A DNA stretch of 39,956 bases. Source: an uncultured Candidatus Rokubacteria bacterium (GTDB lineage: Bacteria; Methylomirabilota; Methylomirabilia; Rokubacteriales; CSP1-6). Shown piece by piece: positions 22,059-31,915 of this stretch. The stretch lies in the NCBI GenBank assembly GCA_963789955.1, contig CAWBMV010000023.1, positions 1 to 39,956 of the forward strand, written 5' to 3'. Every line of letters starts with the position of its first letter. Within the stretch, counting starts at the first letter, position 1. The notes below the pieces were generated by a model. The model saw nothing but the letters and a program-made list of their open reading frames with translations, searched no databases and had not been told where the DNA came from. Made by a program: the position numbers and the translations under genes.

Positions 22059-23372
22059 ATGAGGATGAGGAAGATATGGCTCGCGGTGCTGGCGGCGCTG
22101 GCGCTCACGGCGCCGATGCTGGCGGCCGCCCAACCCAAAGAGGTATTCATCCCGCTGCTCGTCTATCGCACCGGCCCGTACGCGCCGAGCGGGATCCCGA
22201 TCGCCGACGGCTTCGTCGACTACTTCACGCTCCTGAACGAGCGCGACGGCGGCATCAACGGCGTCAAGCTCGCGTGGGAAGAGTGCGAGACGCAGTACGA
22301 CAACAAGCAGGGCGTCGAGTGCTACGAGCGGCTGAAGGGCAAGGGCCCCGTGCTCGTGAACCCCTACAGCACCGCGATCACGTACTCGCTGATCCCGAAG
22401 GCCCCCGTCGACAAGATCGTGGTGTTCTCGATGGGCTACGGCATGAGCGCCGCGTCCGACGGCCGGTGGTTTCCGTGGGTGTTCAACTTCCCGACGAATT
22501 ACTGGAGCCAGGCCTCGGCCGTCATCCGCTATATCGGCCAGCAGGAGGGCGGGCTCGAGAAGCTGAAGGGCAAGAAGATCGCCCACATCTTCCACAACAG
22601 CGCGTACGGCAAGGAGGCCAACCCGACGCTCGACGAGCTCTCGAAGAAGTACCAGTTCGAGCTCTCGCTGCTCGCGGTCGATCATCCCGGTCAGGAGCAG
22701 AAGGCGACCTGGCTCCAGGTGCGGCGACTGAACCCGGACTGGATCTTCATGTCGGGCTGGGGCGTCATGAACCAGGTCGCGATCAAGGAAGCCGCGTCGG
22801 TTGGCTTCAAGATGGACCACTTCATCGGCAACTGGTGGTCGGCCAACGATTCGGACGTCGTGCCGGCCGGTGAGGGCGCCAAGGGGTACAAGGGCGCCAC
22901 GTTTCATGCTCCGGGCACCAGCTTCAAGGTGCATGCGGACCTGATGAAGTTCGTCTACGACAAGGGGAAGGGCTCCGCGAAGAAGGAAGACCTCGGCGCT
23001 CCGCTCTACAACCGCGGCCTCGTCAACGCGATGCTGGCGGCCGAGGCGATCCGCACGGCGATGACGAAGTACGGCAACAAGCCGCTCACGGGCGAGCAGG
23101 TCCGCTGGGGCTTCGAGAACCTCAACCTGACCGAGCAGCGCCTCGACCAGGTCGGCATGAAGAGCTTCACGCACCCGGTCAAGGTCACCTGCGAGGACCA
23201 CGAGGGCAGCGGTCCCGTGCTGATCCAGCAGTGGGACGGCAAGAAGTGGACCGTCGTCTCCGACTGGATCGCGCCGATGCGTGACGTCGTCCGGCCGAAG
23301 ATCGAGGCGGCGGCGATCGAGGAGGGCAAGAAGCTCGGCTACACGATGCGCGACTGCGCGAAGGAGAAGTAG
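22059..23372 (+). CDS. Liv-type ABC substrate-binding protein, module 1
   Basis: AAGGAG RBS; signal peptide; YRTGPYA, GGINGVKL, CET, GVECYERLK, SAYGKE, TCEDHEG. Confidence 0.92.
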   Translation: MRMRKIWLAVLAALALTAPMLAAAQPKEVFIPLLVYRTGPYAPSGIPIADGFVDYFTLLNERDGGINGVKLAWEECETQYDNKQGVECYERLKGKGPVLVNPYSTAITYSLIPKAPVDKIVVFSMGYGMSAASDGRWFPWVFNFPTNYWSQASAVIRYIGQQEGGLEKLKGKKIAHIFHNSAYGKEANPTLDELSKKYQFELSLLAVDHPGQEQKATWLQVRRLNPDWIFMSGWGVMNQVAIKEAASVGFKMDHFIGNWWSANDSDVVPAGEGAKGYKGATFHAPGTSFKVHADLMKFVYDKGKGSAKKEDLGAPLYNRGLVNAMLAAEAIRTAMTKYGNKPLTGEQVRWGFENLNLTEQRLDQVGMKSFTHPVKVTCEDHEGSGPVLIQQWDGKKWTVVSDWIAPMRDVVRPKIEAAAIEEGKKLGYTMRDCAKEK

Positions 23373-23380
23373 GCACGGCG

Positions 23381-24199
23381 GTGGCGAGCGACACGCCGCG
23401 GCCGCTCCTGGCGGTGAGCAACATCGAGGTCATCTACGACCACGTGATCCTCGTGTTGAAAGGCGTGTCGCTCGCGGTCGCCGAGGGGGGCATCGTCGCC
23501 CTCCTCGGCGCCAACGGCGCGGGCAAGTCCACGACGCTCAAGGCCATCTCGGGACTTCTGCGCACGGAGCGCGGTGAGGTGACGAAAGGCACGATCGAGC
23601 TCGCGGGCAAGGCGATCCACCGGCAGGACCCGTCCGAGGTCGTGAAGCACGGCGTCGTGCAAGTCATGGAAGGGCGGCACGTGTTCGAGCACCTGACGGT
23701 CGAGGACAATCTCCTGACCGGCGCCTATACGCGGCGCAACGGCCAGTCCACTCGCAGCGATCTCGAGCGCGTCTATCACTATTTCCCGCGGCTGACCGAG
23801 CGCCGCATGTTCAAGGCGGGTTACATCTCCGGCGGCGAGCAGCAGATGGTCGCCATCGGCCGCGCGCTGATGGCGCGACCGACGTTGATGCTCCTGGACG
23901 AGCCGTCGATGGGCCTGGCGCCGAGGCTCGTGACCGAAATCTATGAGATCGTTACGCGGCTCAACCGCGAGGAGCGGCTCGCAGTGCTGTTGGCCGAGCA
24001 AAACGCGACCATGGCATTACAGGTTGCTCAGCATGGCTATGTTATGGAGAATGGCCGGATCGTCCTGGACGGGGATGCCCGGACGATCAGCGAGAATGAG
24101 GACATCAAGGAGTTCTATCTGGGCCTGACGGGTGTAGGCCAGAGGAAGAGCTATCGGGACGTGAAGCACTACCGACGACGAAAGCGGTGGCTCTCATGA
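23381..24199 (+). CDS. LivF-family ABC ATPase, module 1
   Basis: NIEVIYDHVILVLKGVSL, GANGAGKS, SGGEQQM, LDEPSMGLAP, C-terminal KHYRRRKRWLS. Confidence 0.93.
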   Translation: MASDTPRPLLAVSNIEVIYDHVILVLKGVSLAVAEGGIVALLGANGAGKSTTLKAISGLLRTERGEVTKGTIELAGKAIHRQDPSEVVKHGVVQVMEGRHVFEHLTVEDNLLTGAYTRRNGQSTRSDLERVYHYFPRLTERRMFKAGYISGGEQQMVAIGRALMARPTLMLLDEPSMGLAPRLVTEIYEIVTRLNREERLAVLLAEQNATMALQVAQHGYVMENGRIVLDGDARTISENEDIKEFYLGLTGVGQRKSYRDVKHYRRRKRWLS

Positions 24200-24991
24200 G
24201 CGCGCTCCTGGAAATCCGCGAAGCGTCCAAGGCGTTTGGCGGCGTCCAGGCCGTCACCCGTGTCTCTCTCGAAGCTCAGAAGGGCGAGATCCTCTCGGTC
24301 ATCGGGCCCAACGGCGCCGGCAAGACCACGGTGCTCAACATGATCAGCGGCTTCTATCATCCCGATACCGGCCGCATCGTCCTCGAGGGCCGCGACGTGA
24401 CCGAGCTGGCGCCGAGCAAGATCGCCGAGCTCGGCATCGCCCGAACCTTCCAGAACATCGCGCTGTTCCGTGGCATGACCGTCCTCGACAACCTGCTCCT
24501 CGGCCGACACGTCCACATGAAGACCGGGGTGCTGGGCGCGTTCGCGTACTGGGGATTCGCGCAGAAGGAGGAGGTCATCCACCGGCGACGCGTCGAGGAC
24601 ATCATCGACTTCTTGCGAATCCAGGACCTTGCGCCGCCGGCCGACCGGCTCGCTCGCCTATGGTCTCCAGAAGCGCGTCGAGCTCGGCCGCGCGCTCGCG
24701 CTCGACCCGAAGATCCTGCTGCTCGACGAGCCGATGGGCGGATGCAATCACGAAGAGAAAGAAGACATGGCGCGCTTCATCCTCGACGTGAACGAGGAGT
24801 GGGGCGTCACGGTGATCCTGATCGAGCACGACATGGGCGTGGTCATGGACATCTCCGACCGCGTCGCGGTGCTGGACATGGGCCAGAAGATCGCCGACGG
24901 CACGCCCGACGAGGTTCGGGCCAACCCGCGCGTGATCAAGGCGTACCTCGGAGAGACCAAGACCGACGCCTCGGGAGGTTCCCGTGGTTGA
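24196..24991 (+). CDS. LivG-family ABC ATPase, module 2 (frameshift about 24630)
   Basis: GPNGAGKT, ARTFQN in one frame; LAYGLQKRVELGRAL, LLDEPMGG, IEHDM in the next. Confidence 0.88.
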
Positions 24992-26904
24992 GAGCACGCT
25001 CGCCCGATTGCTGCAGCGCAACGCGCGCGACCTTCCACGACAAGCCGGCGATCCGCGAGAAGGATCGCGGAATCTGGCAGACCTGGACGTGGCGTCAGTA
25101 CCACGACGAGGTCCGTGATTTCGCCCTCGGCCTGGCCGCGCTCGGCTTCAAGCGCGGCGAACGGCTCTCGGTCATCGGCGACAACCGTCCGCGGCTCTAC
25201 TGGGCACAGGTCGCCGCGCAGGCGCTCGGTGGAGTGCCGGTGCCGGTCTATCAAGACTCGATCGCGAAGGAGCTCGCGTTCGTCTGGAACCACGCCGAGT
25301 GCGCGGTGATCGTGGCCGAGGACCAGGAGCAGGTCGACAAGGTGCTAGGACTCCGGGCCGAGCTCCCGGCGCTGCGTCTCGTCGTGTACGACGACTCGCG
25401 CGGAATGCTCCACTACAAGCAGCACGACTGGCTCCGCTCCTATCAATCCGTCCAGGAGCTCGGGCGCGAGTTCGCCGCCAAGAACCCCGGCTACTTCGAA
25501 GCCGAGGTGGAGAAAGGCAAGCCCGAGGACGTCGCCATCATCTGTTACACGTCTGGCACCACCGGCAACCCGAAGGGCGTCATGCTGACGCATGCGAACG
25601 CCATTGCCATCGCGGACGCGTTCCGCAAGGCCGACGACGTCCGCCCCGAGGACGACGCGCTCGCGTACCTGCCGATGGCGTGGGCGGGCGACGCCGCATA
25701 CACCCTGTTCCTCAGCCTCGTGGTGGGCTTCTGCGCCAACTGCCCGGAGAGCCCCGAGACGGTCCAGCGTGACCTGCGCGAGCTGGGGCCGACGATCGTG
25801 CTGGCGCCGCCCCGCATCTGGGAAAACATGTTGACGGGCATCCAGGTGAAGGCCGCCGACGCGCCCGCCCTCAAACGGTGGGTCTTCGAGACCTTCCGGG
25901 GCGCCGCCGAGCGGGCGGAGATCCTTCGCGCCGACGGCAAGCCGATTCCGCTCGCCCTGCGGCTGGCGTGCATGCTCGGTAACGTGCTCGTCTACACGCC
26001 GATCCGCGATCAGCTCGGACTGCGGCGCGCCAAGTGGGCGCTGACGGGCGGGGCACCACTCGGACCGGACACGTTCCGCTTCTTCCGGTCGATCGGCGTC
26101 AACCTCAAGCAGGTCTACGGCTCGACGGAGACGACGGGCCTGGTGTCGCTGCAGCCGAGCGACGAGGCCAACCCGACGACCGCCGGCCGGCCGTGTCCGG
26201 GCATCGAGGTCAAGATCGCCGATCGCGGCGAGGTGCTGGTCCGGGGGCCGGTCGTCTTCAAGGGCTACCTGAAGAACGACGAGGCCACGCGCGAGGTCAT
26301 CGATTCGGACGGCTGGTTCCGCACCGGTGACGCGGGGTTCGTGGATCCGCGCGGCCACCTCGTCATCATCGATCGGGCCAAGGACGTCGGCGCCCTCCAC
26401 GACGGCACGCCGTTCGCGCCGCAGTTCATCGAGAACAAGCTGAAGTACAGCCCCTTCATCCGCGAAGCGGTCGCGTTCGGCAACGAGCGCGACTTCGTCA
26501 CCGCCATGATTGCCATCGACCAGAACACGGTGGGGAACTGGGCCGAGCGCCGCGGGATTGCTTACACGAGCTACATGGACCTGAGCCAGAAGCCCGAGAT
26601 CTGCGATCTGATCCGTGAAGAGATCCGGAAGGGCAACGAGACCTTGCCGGAATCCACCCGGATCCGACGCTTTCTGCTGCTCACCAAGGACCTGGAGGCC
26701 GACGACGCCGAGATGACGCGGACACGCAAGGTGCGGCGGCGCTTCGTCGCCGAGAAGTACGCCCCGGTCATCGACGCGTTCTATTCCGGAGGTCACACGG
26801 TCGAGCTGGCGACGACCATCACCTACGAAGACGGCCGCCAGGCCACGCTGAACTCGCGCGTGAGCGTGGAAGACGTCGAGGCGAAGGTGGCGGCCCGTGT
26901 CTGA
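24984..26904 (+). CDS. Long-chain acyl-CoA synthetase, copy 2 (frameshift about 25035)
   Basis: GGGAGG then GTG 24984; AIREKDRGIWQ, YTSGTTGNPKG, KQVYGSTE, TGDAG, IIDRAKD, EMTRTRKVRR. Confidence 0.9.
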
Positions 26905-27794
26905 CGACCTCGGATTCTTCTTCCTGCTGATCTCGAATGGGCTCCTGACCGGCCTGATGTACTCGCTGATCGCGCTCGGTTTCGTGCTGGTCTACAAGGC
27001 CACCGACGCGATCAACTTCGCGCAGGGCGAGTTCGTCATGATCGCCGGCTTCGTCGCGGCCGGCGCCCTCATGGTCTGGGGCGCGCCGCTGTGGCTCGCG
27101 GTCCTGCTGGCGATCGCCAGCCTGGTCCTGTTCGGCTTCGTGCTCGAGCGGGTCATGCTGCGCAAGCTCATCGGACGGCCGGTGATCGCCGTCGTCATGG
27201 CCACGATCGGGCTCGCGTCGATCTTGCGCGGCGTCGGGCCGTTCACGATCTTCTCCGGGACCAAGCCGCTGCCGCTGCCGATCCGCGACGAGCCGTTCAT
27301 GCTGGGCCCGCTATTCATTCCGCCGATCCAGCTGCTGGGCGCCGGCGGTGAGCCTGGCGTTCCTGGCCGGCTTCGGCTGGTTCTTCTTGAAGTCGCGCAA
27401 GGGCATCGCGATGCGGGCGGTCGCCGACAACCAGCAGGTCGCGATGGCCATGGGCATCGACGTCGAGCGCTACTTCGGCGTGGCGTGGGCGATGACCGGC
27501 ATCGTGTCGGCCCTGGGCGGGATCCTCTGGGGCAACCTGCTCGGCGTCGACATCAACCTCGCGCTGGTCGGCTTCAAGGTGTTTCCGGTGGTGATCCTCG
27601 GCGGGCTCGACTCGATTCCCGGCGCGATCCTCGGCGGCCTGATCGTCGGCGTCGTCGAGAACATCGCCGCGGGCTACGTCGATCCCGTCGTCGGCGGCGG
27701 CACCAAGGATTTCGCGCCGTACGTGCTCATGATCGTCGCGCTCATGGTTCGCCCGTACGGCATGTTCGGCAAACGCATCATCGAGCGAGTCTGA
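26897..27794 (+). CDS. LivH-family ABC permease, module 2 (frameshift about 27345)
   Basis: YSLIALGFVLVYKATDAINFAQG; GIAMRAVADN, ILGGLDS, RPYGMFGKRIIERV. Confidence 0.9.
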
Positions 27795-27806
27795 GCGTGT
27801 ACATCT

Positions 27807-27974
27807 GGCTTACGGCGGCGGGGTGGGGTGGGGGGAGGGGTGCTGGGACCACGCGGCACGCGTTCGCGCTGCCCGGGGCGGCTGGGCTCCATCCCGGCGC
27901 GCCTCGTCCGCATTCGACTTGGAGGGAACGGGTCCCAGCACCCCTCCCCCCACCCCACCCCGCCGCCGCAAGCC
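27807..27974 (+). repeat. Long-stem/80-nt-core element, copy C
   Basis: 44-bp arms 27807-27850 and 27931-27974 (1 mismatch); 80-nt core 27851-27930 aligns without gaps to copy A. Confidence 0.92.
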
Positions 27975-28098
27975 CTCGGACGACTCGCTCAGAGCCGTTC
28001 GACGCGTTTGCCTCGCTCCCGTTCTATGAGCCTAGCCACATTCCGCGCATAAAACTGCCTTCGCGATCCGTCTCATGTTGCACATCCCGGTGGCACGA

Positions 28099-28264
28099 GT
28101 GGAGGCGTCGGAGGTGGGATGGTGCGGGGGGTGTCGGGACCCGTTCCCTCCAGGCGAGCGGCGGACCAAGTGCGCCCGGATGGAGCCCAGCCGATATGGG
28201 AAGTGCGAACGCGTGCCGCGTGGTCCCGATACCCCCCGCACCGTCCCGCCTCCGACGGCTCGAC
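28099..28264 (-). repeat. Long-stem/80-nt-core element, copy D (inverted relative to C)
   Basis: Arms about 28099-28141 and 28222-28264; the reverse complement of 28142-28221 is an 80-nt core with the same three conserved blocks. Confidence 0.92.
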
Positions 28265-28278
28265 GCGTGGAGACGAGG

Positions 28279-29347
28279 ATGATCCAACGCGAGTGTGGAG
28301 TGCTGAAGACGAGCTATGAAGCGGATATGGGGCTCTATCCGCTGCCAATCGCGAAGTGGACCGTTGCGGCGGTGGCGGTGGTGTTCTTTCTCGTCATCCC
28401 GCTTACCTTGCACGAGTATTTCCTGTCGGTGGCCAACCTCGTGTGGGTCGCCGTCATCGGCGCGCTCGGTCTCAACATCCTGGTCGGCTACACGGGGCAG
28501 GTGTCGATCGGCCACGGGGCGTTCATGTCGGTCGGCGCGTACACGGCCGCCAACCTCGCCAATCGCCTGGGCTCGCCGTGGCCCGTGAATCTGCTGGCCG
28601 GCGGGTTGATGGCGGCGGTGATCGGCGGCATCGTCGGGATCCCGTCCTTGCGCATCAAAGGGCTCTACCTGGCCATCGCCACCCTGGCCGGTCAGCTGAT
28701 CATCGAGTGGACGATCAATCACGTGACCTTCATCAGCGGCGGGGTGCAGGCGTCGATCGAGGTGGCGCGGCCGCGGCTGGGCCCGATGGTGCTGAGCAGC
28801 CAACGCGACATGTACTACTTCCTGCTCGTGTTCGTCGTCCTGGCCATCATCGGGCACGATGAATCTCATGCGAAGTCGAGTCGGGCGCGCGTTCATCGCG
28901 ATTCGCGACCACGACATCGCCGCCGAGATCATCGGCATCAACATCTTCCGCTACAAGCTGCTCGCCTTCGCGATCTCGTCCTTCTACGCCGGGGTGACCG
29001 GGGTGCTGTACACGTACTTCCTCGGCATCGCCAACTACGAGCAGTTCCAGATCGGCGTCTCGATCGACTATCTGGCGATGATCATCATCGGCGGGCTCGG
29101 GTCCGTCCTGGGCTCGATCTTCGGCGCGATCTTCGTGACCCTGCTGCCGATCGTCATCCGCTACGCCATGGAAGCCTTCGGCGGGGTCTTCTTCGACCAG
29201 TCAACCGTGCTCAATCTCATTCCCAACCTCCGCCTCATGATGTTCGGCGCCCTCATCATCTTCTTCCTGATCGTGGAGCCCGAGGGACTGAACCGTCTGT
29301 GGCGGAACATCCGAAGCTACTTCAGGGTCTGGCCGTTCGCGTACTGA
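28279..29347 (+). CDS. LivM-family ABC permease, module 2 (frameshift about 28855)
   Basis: MIQRECGVLKTSY, GLNILVGYTGQVSIGHG, LRIKGLYLAIATLA; AIRDHDIAAE, FRVWPFAY. Confidence 0.9.
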
Positions 29348-29370
29348 GTACGCGAGCAAGGAGAACGCAC

Positions 29371-30625
29371 ATGAGACAGTTCCTGGCCATCGCGACGGCG
29401 TTGATTCGTGGCGGCGGGCAGCCTGCTGACGGCCGATCCGTCCTACGCCCAGTCGAAGGGCGAGATCGTGATCGGCGTGCAGTGCGACCGCACCGGACCG
29501 ACCCAGATCGTCGGCACGGTCCTGTGCCCGGGCTTTCACGACTACATCGCCCTGGTGAACTCCAAGGGCGGCGTCGAGGGCTACAAGATCAAGGCCCTCG
29601 AGATCGACCACGAGTACAAGGTGCCGCCGGCCGTCGAGTCCTACGAGCGCTACAAGAAGGAGGGCGCCGTGACGATGGCGATCTACGGCACGCCGCAGAT
29701 CTACGCGCTGGCGGCGAAGCTCACGGAGGATCGCATCCCCGGCACCTCGCCGGGCTTCGGCAGCGCCGCGGCCGCCGACGGCGTCCGCTATCCGTACATC
29801 TTCCCGATCGCCGCGACCTACTGGTCGCAGGGCGCGGCCGCGGTCGACTTCGTGAAGAAGCAGCTGGGCGGCAGTCTCAAGGGCAAGAAGATCGCCTACA
29901 TCTTCTACGACAACCCGGCCGGCCGCGAGCCGATCGAGGTCATCGAGGACCTCGCGGCGAAGGAAGGCTTCCAGCTCAAGACCTTCGCGGTGCCGCCGCC
30001 CGGCGTCGAGATGGGCGCCCAGGTGCTCGACATCGCGCAGCGCTACCGCGCCGACTTCGTGATCGCGCACCTCTTCGGCGGCGCGCCGTCGGTGTCGATC
30101 AAGGAGTTCAAGCGGGTCGGCTATCCGCTCCGCAAGGTCGTGTCGTTCGTGTGGGGCTCGGCCGAGGCCAACATCGACGGTGCCGGCGGCTTCGCGGTCG
30201 CCGAGGGCTACCACGTGATGCAGTTCGCCGGCGTGGGCACCGACTATCCGGTGCTGAACGAGATCCGCGAGATGTACAAGAAGCAGGGGAAGGAAGCGCC
30301 GAAGGAGATGGCGTCGACGGTGTTCTACAACCGGGGCGTGCTGGTGGCGGCACTCCACGTCGAGGCCATTCGCAACGCGTTGAAGGCCAAGCCGAACGGC
30401 AAGATCACCGGCGTCGACACCAAGAACGGCTTCGAGAAGATCTCGAACTTCACCCTGGGCGGGCTGGTGCCGCCGCTCAAGATCACCAACACGGACCACG
30501 AGGGCGGCGGGCTCGTGCAGATCTGGCAGGTCAAGGACGGCAAGTTCGTGAAGGAGACCGACTGGTTCGCCGCGTATCAGGATGTGGTGGCCAAGCACAT
30601 CAAGGAGAGCGGGGCGAAGAAGTAA
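29371..30625 (+). CDS. Liv-type ABC substrate-binding protein, module 2 (frameshift in the signal peptide about 29405)
   Basis: AAGGAG then ATG 29371; DRTGPT, GGVEG, YERYK, DNPAGRE, TDHEGG; distant paralogue of 22059..23372. Confidence 0.9.
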
Positions 30626-30635
30626 GAGCCCGGTG

Positions 30636-31430
30636 ATGCTGAGCCTCAACAACATCGAGGTCATCTACGACGGCGTGATCCTCGTCCTCAAGGGCGTGTC
30701 GCTCAACGTCCGCGAGGGCGGGATCACGACGTTGCTCGGCGCCAACGGCGCCGGCAAGACCACGACGCTCAAGGCGATCTCGGGTCTCTTGCGGTCCGAG
30801 CGCGGCGACGTCACGAAGGGCTCGATCGAGTTCAAGAACGAGCGGATCGACCGGCTGCCGCCGCACGCGGTGGTCCGGCGCGGCATCGTGCAGGTGTTCG
30901 AGGGCCGCCGGGTCTTCGAGCACCTGACGACCGAAGAAAACCTGATCGCCGGCGCGCACATTCAGAAGGACCGGCACAAGGTCACCGCCGGGATCGAGCG
31001 CGTCTACGGCTACTTTCCGCGTCTCAAGGAACGGCGCGCTGTCCAGGCCGGGTACCTGTCCGGGGGCGAGCAGCAGATGCTGGTCATCGGCCGCGCGCTG
31101 ATGGCCGATCCCCACGTGATACTCCTCGACGAGCCGTCGCTCGGTCTGGCGCCGATGCTGGTCGAGGAGATCTTCGGCATCGTGCAGCAGCTCAATCGGC
31201 AAGAGAAGCTCACCGTGCTGCTGGTCGAGCAGAACGCGTCGCTCGCGCTGACCATCGCCGAGCACGGCTACGTGATGGAAAACGGGCGGATCGTGCTCGA
31301 CGGCACCGCGGCGATGCTCACCCAGAACGCCGACATCAAAGAGTTCTATCTCGGCCTCACCGAGGTCGGCGGTCGCAAGTCGTATCGGGATGTCAAACAC
31401 TACAAGCGCCGGAAACGTTGGCTCTCCTGA
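30636..31430 (+). CDS. LivF-family ABC ATPase, module 2
   Basis: NNIEVIYDGVILVLKGVSL, GANGAGKT, LSGGEQQM, KHYKRRKRWLS. Confidence 0.93.
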   Translation: MLSLNNIEVIYDGVILVLKGVSLNVREGGITTLLGANGAGKTTTLKAISGLLRSERGDVTKGSIEFKNERIDRLPPHAVVRRGIVQVFEGRRVFEHLTTEENLIAGAHIQKDRHKVTAGIERVYGYFPRLKERRAVQAGYLSGGEQQMLVIGRALMADPHVILLDEPSLGLAPMLVEEIFGIVQQLNRQEKLTVLLVEQNASLALTIAEHGYVMENGRIVLDGTAAMLTQNADIKEFYLGLTEVGGRKSYRDVKHYKRRKRWLS

Positions 31431-31444
31431 GAGGAGCGGACTCG

Positions 31445-31897
31445 ATGCGTCTGAGGCGAGGGATTGGACTGTGGATGGTGGTGGTCGTCGCGACGCTGAA
31501 CCTCGCGGCGTGCGCGACGATGGGCGATCCGCCGCCGACACTCTACAAGCGGCTGGGCGGACGCGAAGGCATCGCGATCGTGGTCGGCGACTTCGTCACC
31601 AACATGACCGGTGACAGCCGAGTCAACGCGCGGTTCAAGGACATGAAAGGCCCCGACGTCGAGAAGCTGAAGTCGAACCTCGCCGACCAGATCTGCGACG
31701 CGACCGGCGGGCCCTGCTCTTACCTCGGGCGCGACATGAAGGCGGCGCACAAGGGCATGAACATCACCGACGCCGAGTGGAACGCGACCGTCGAGAACCT
31801 CACCAAAGCGCTCGACAAGAACAACGTCGCGCCCAAGGACAAGAGCGAGCTGCTCGGCCTGCTCGGACCGATGAAGGCGGACATCGTCGGCCAGTAA
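31445..31897 (+). CDS. Group 1 truncated haemoglobin (2/2 globin) with lipoprotein signal
   Basis: GAGGAG RBS; lipobox LAA-C; LYKRLGG, TGGPCSYLGRDMKAAH (proximal His), ITDAEWNA. Confidence 0.9.
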   Translation: MRLRRGIGLWMVVVVATLNLAACATMGDPPPTLYKRLGGREGIAIVVGDFVTNMTGDSRVNARFKDMKGPDVEKLKSNLADQICDATGGPCSYLGRDMKAAHKGMNITDAEWNATVENLTKALDKNNVAPKDKSELLGLLGPMKADIVGQ

Positions 31898-31915
31898 ATC
31901 GGTAGGTATGGGTAG

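Noticed and set aside
24187..26904. 905-aa ORF that looks like an ABC ATPase-acyl-CoA synthetase fusion
   Set aside because: The middle section is out-of-frame Arg/Gly-rich sequence. The real LivG C-half is in ORF 24629..24991 with its own stop, and the synthetase has its own RBS and start. Indels create the apparent fusion.
27879..27935. Resemblance of CGGCTGGGC to the HDV ribozyme, and of GGAGG to a sequestered RBS
   Set aside because: I could not build the nested HDV double pseudoknot, and no start codon of a real gene follows GGAGG at RBS distance.
27674..28319. Short ORFs over the repeats sharing peptides such as MGWGEGCWD, DHAARVR and MEPSR
   Set aside because: The similarity comes from the nucleotide repeat and its palindromy; starts, stops and frames are not conserved between copies.
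28075..30636. 853-aa ORF spanning livM and the SBP gene
   Set aside because: Read-through of off-frame GC-rich sequence after a frameshift near 28855.
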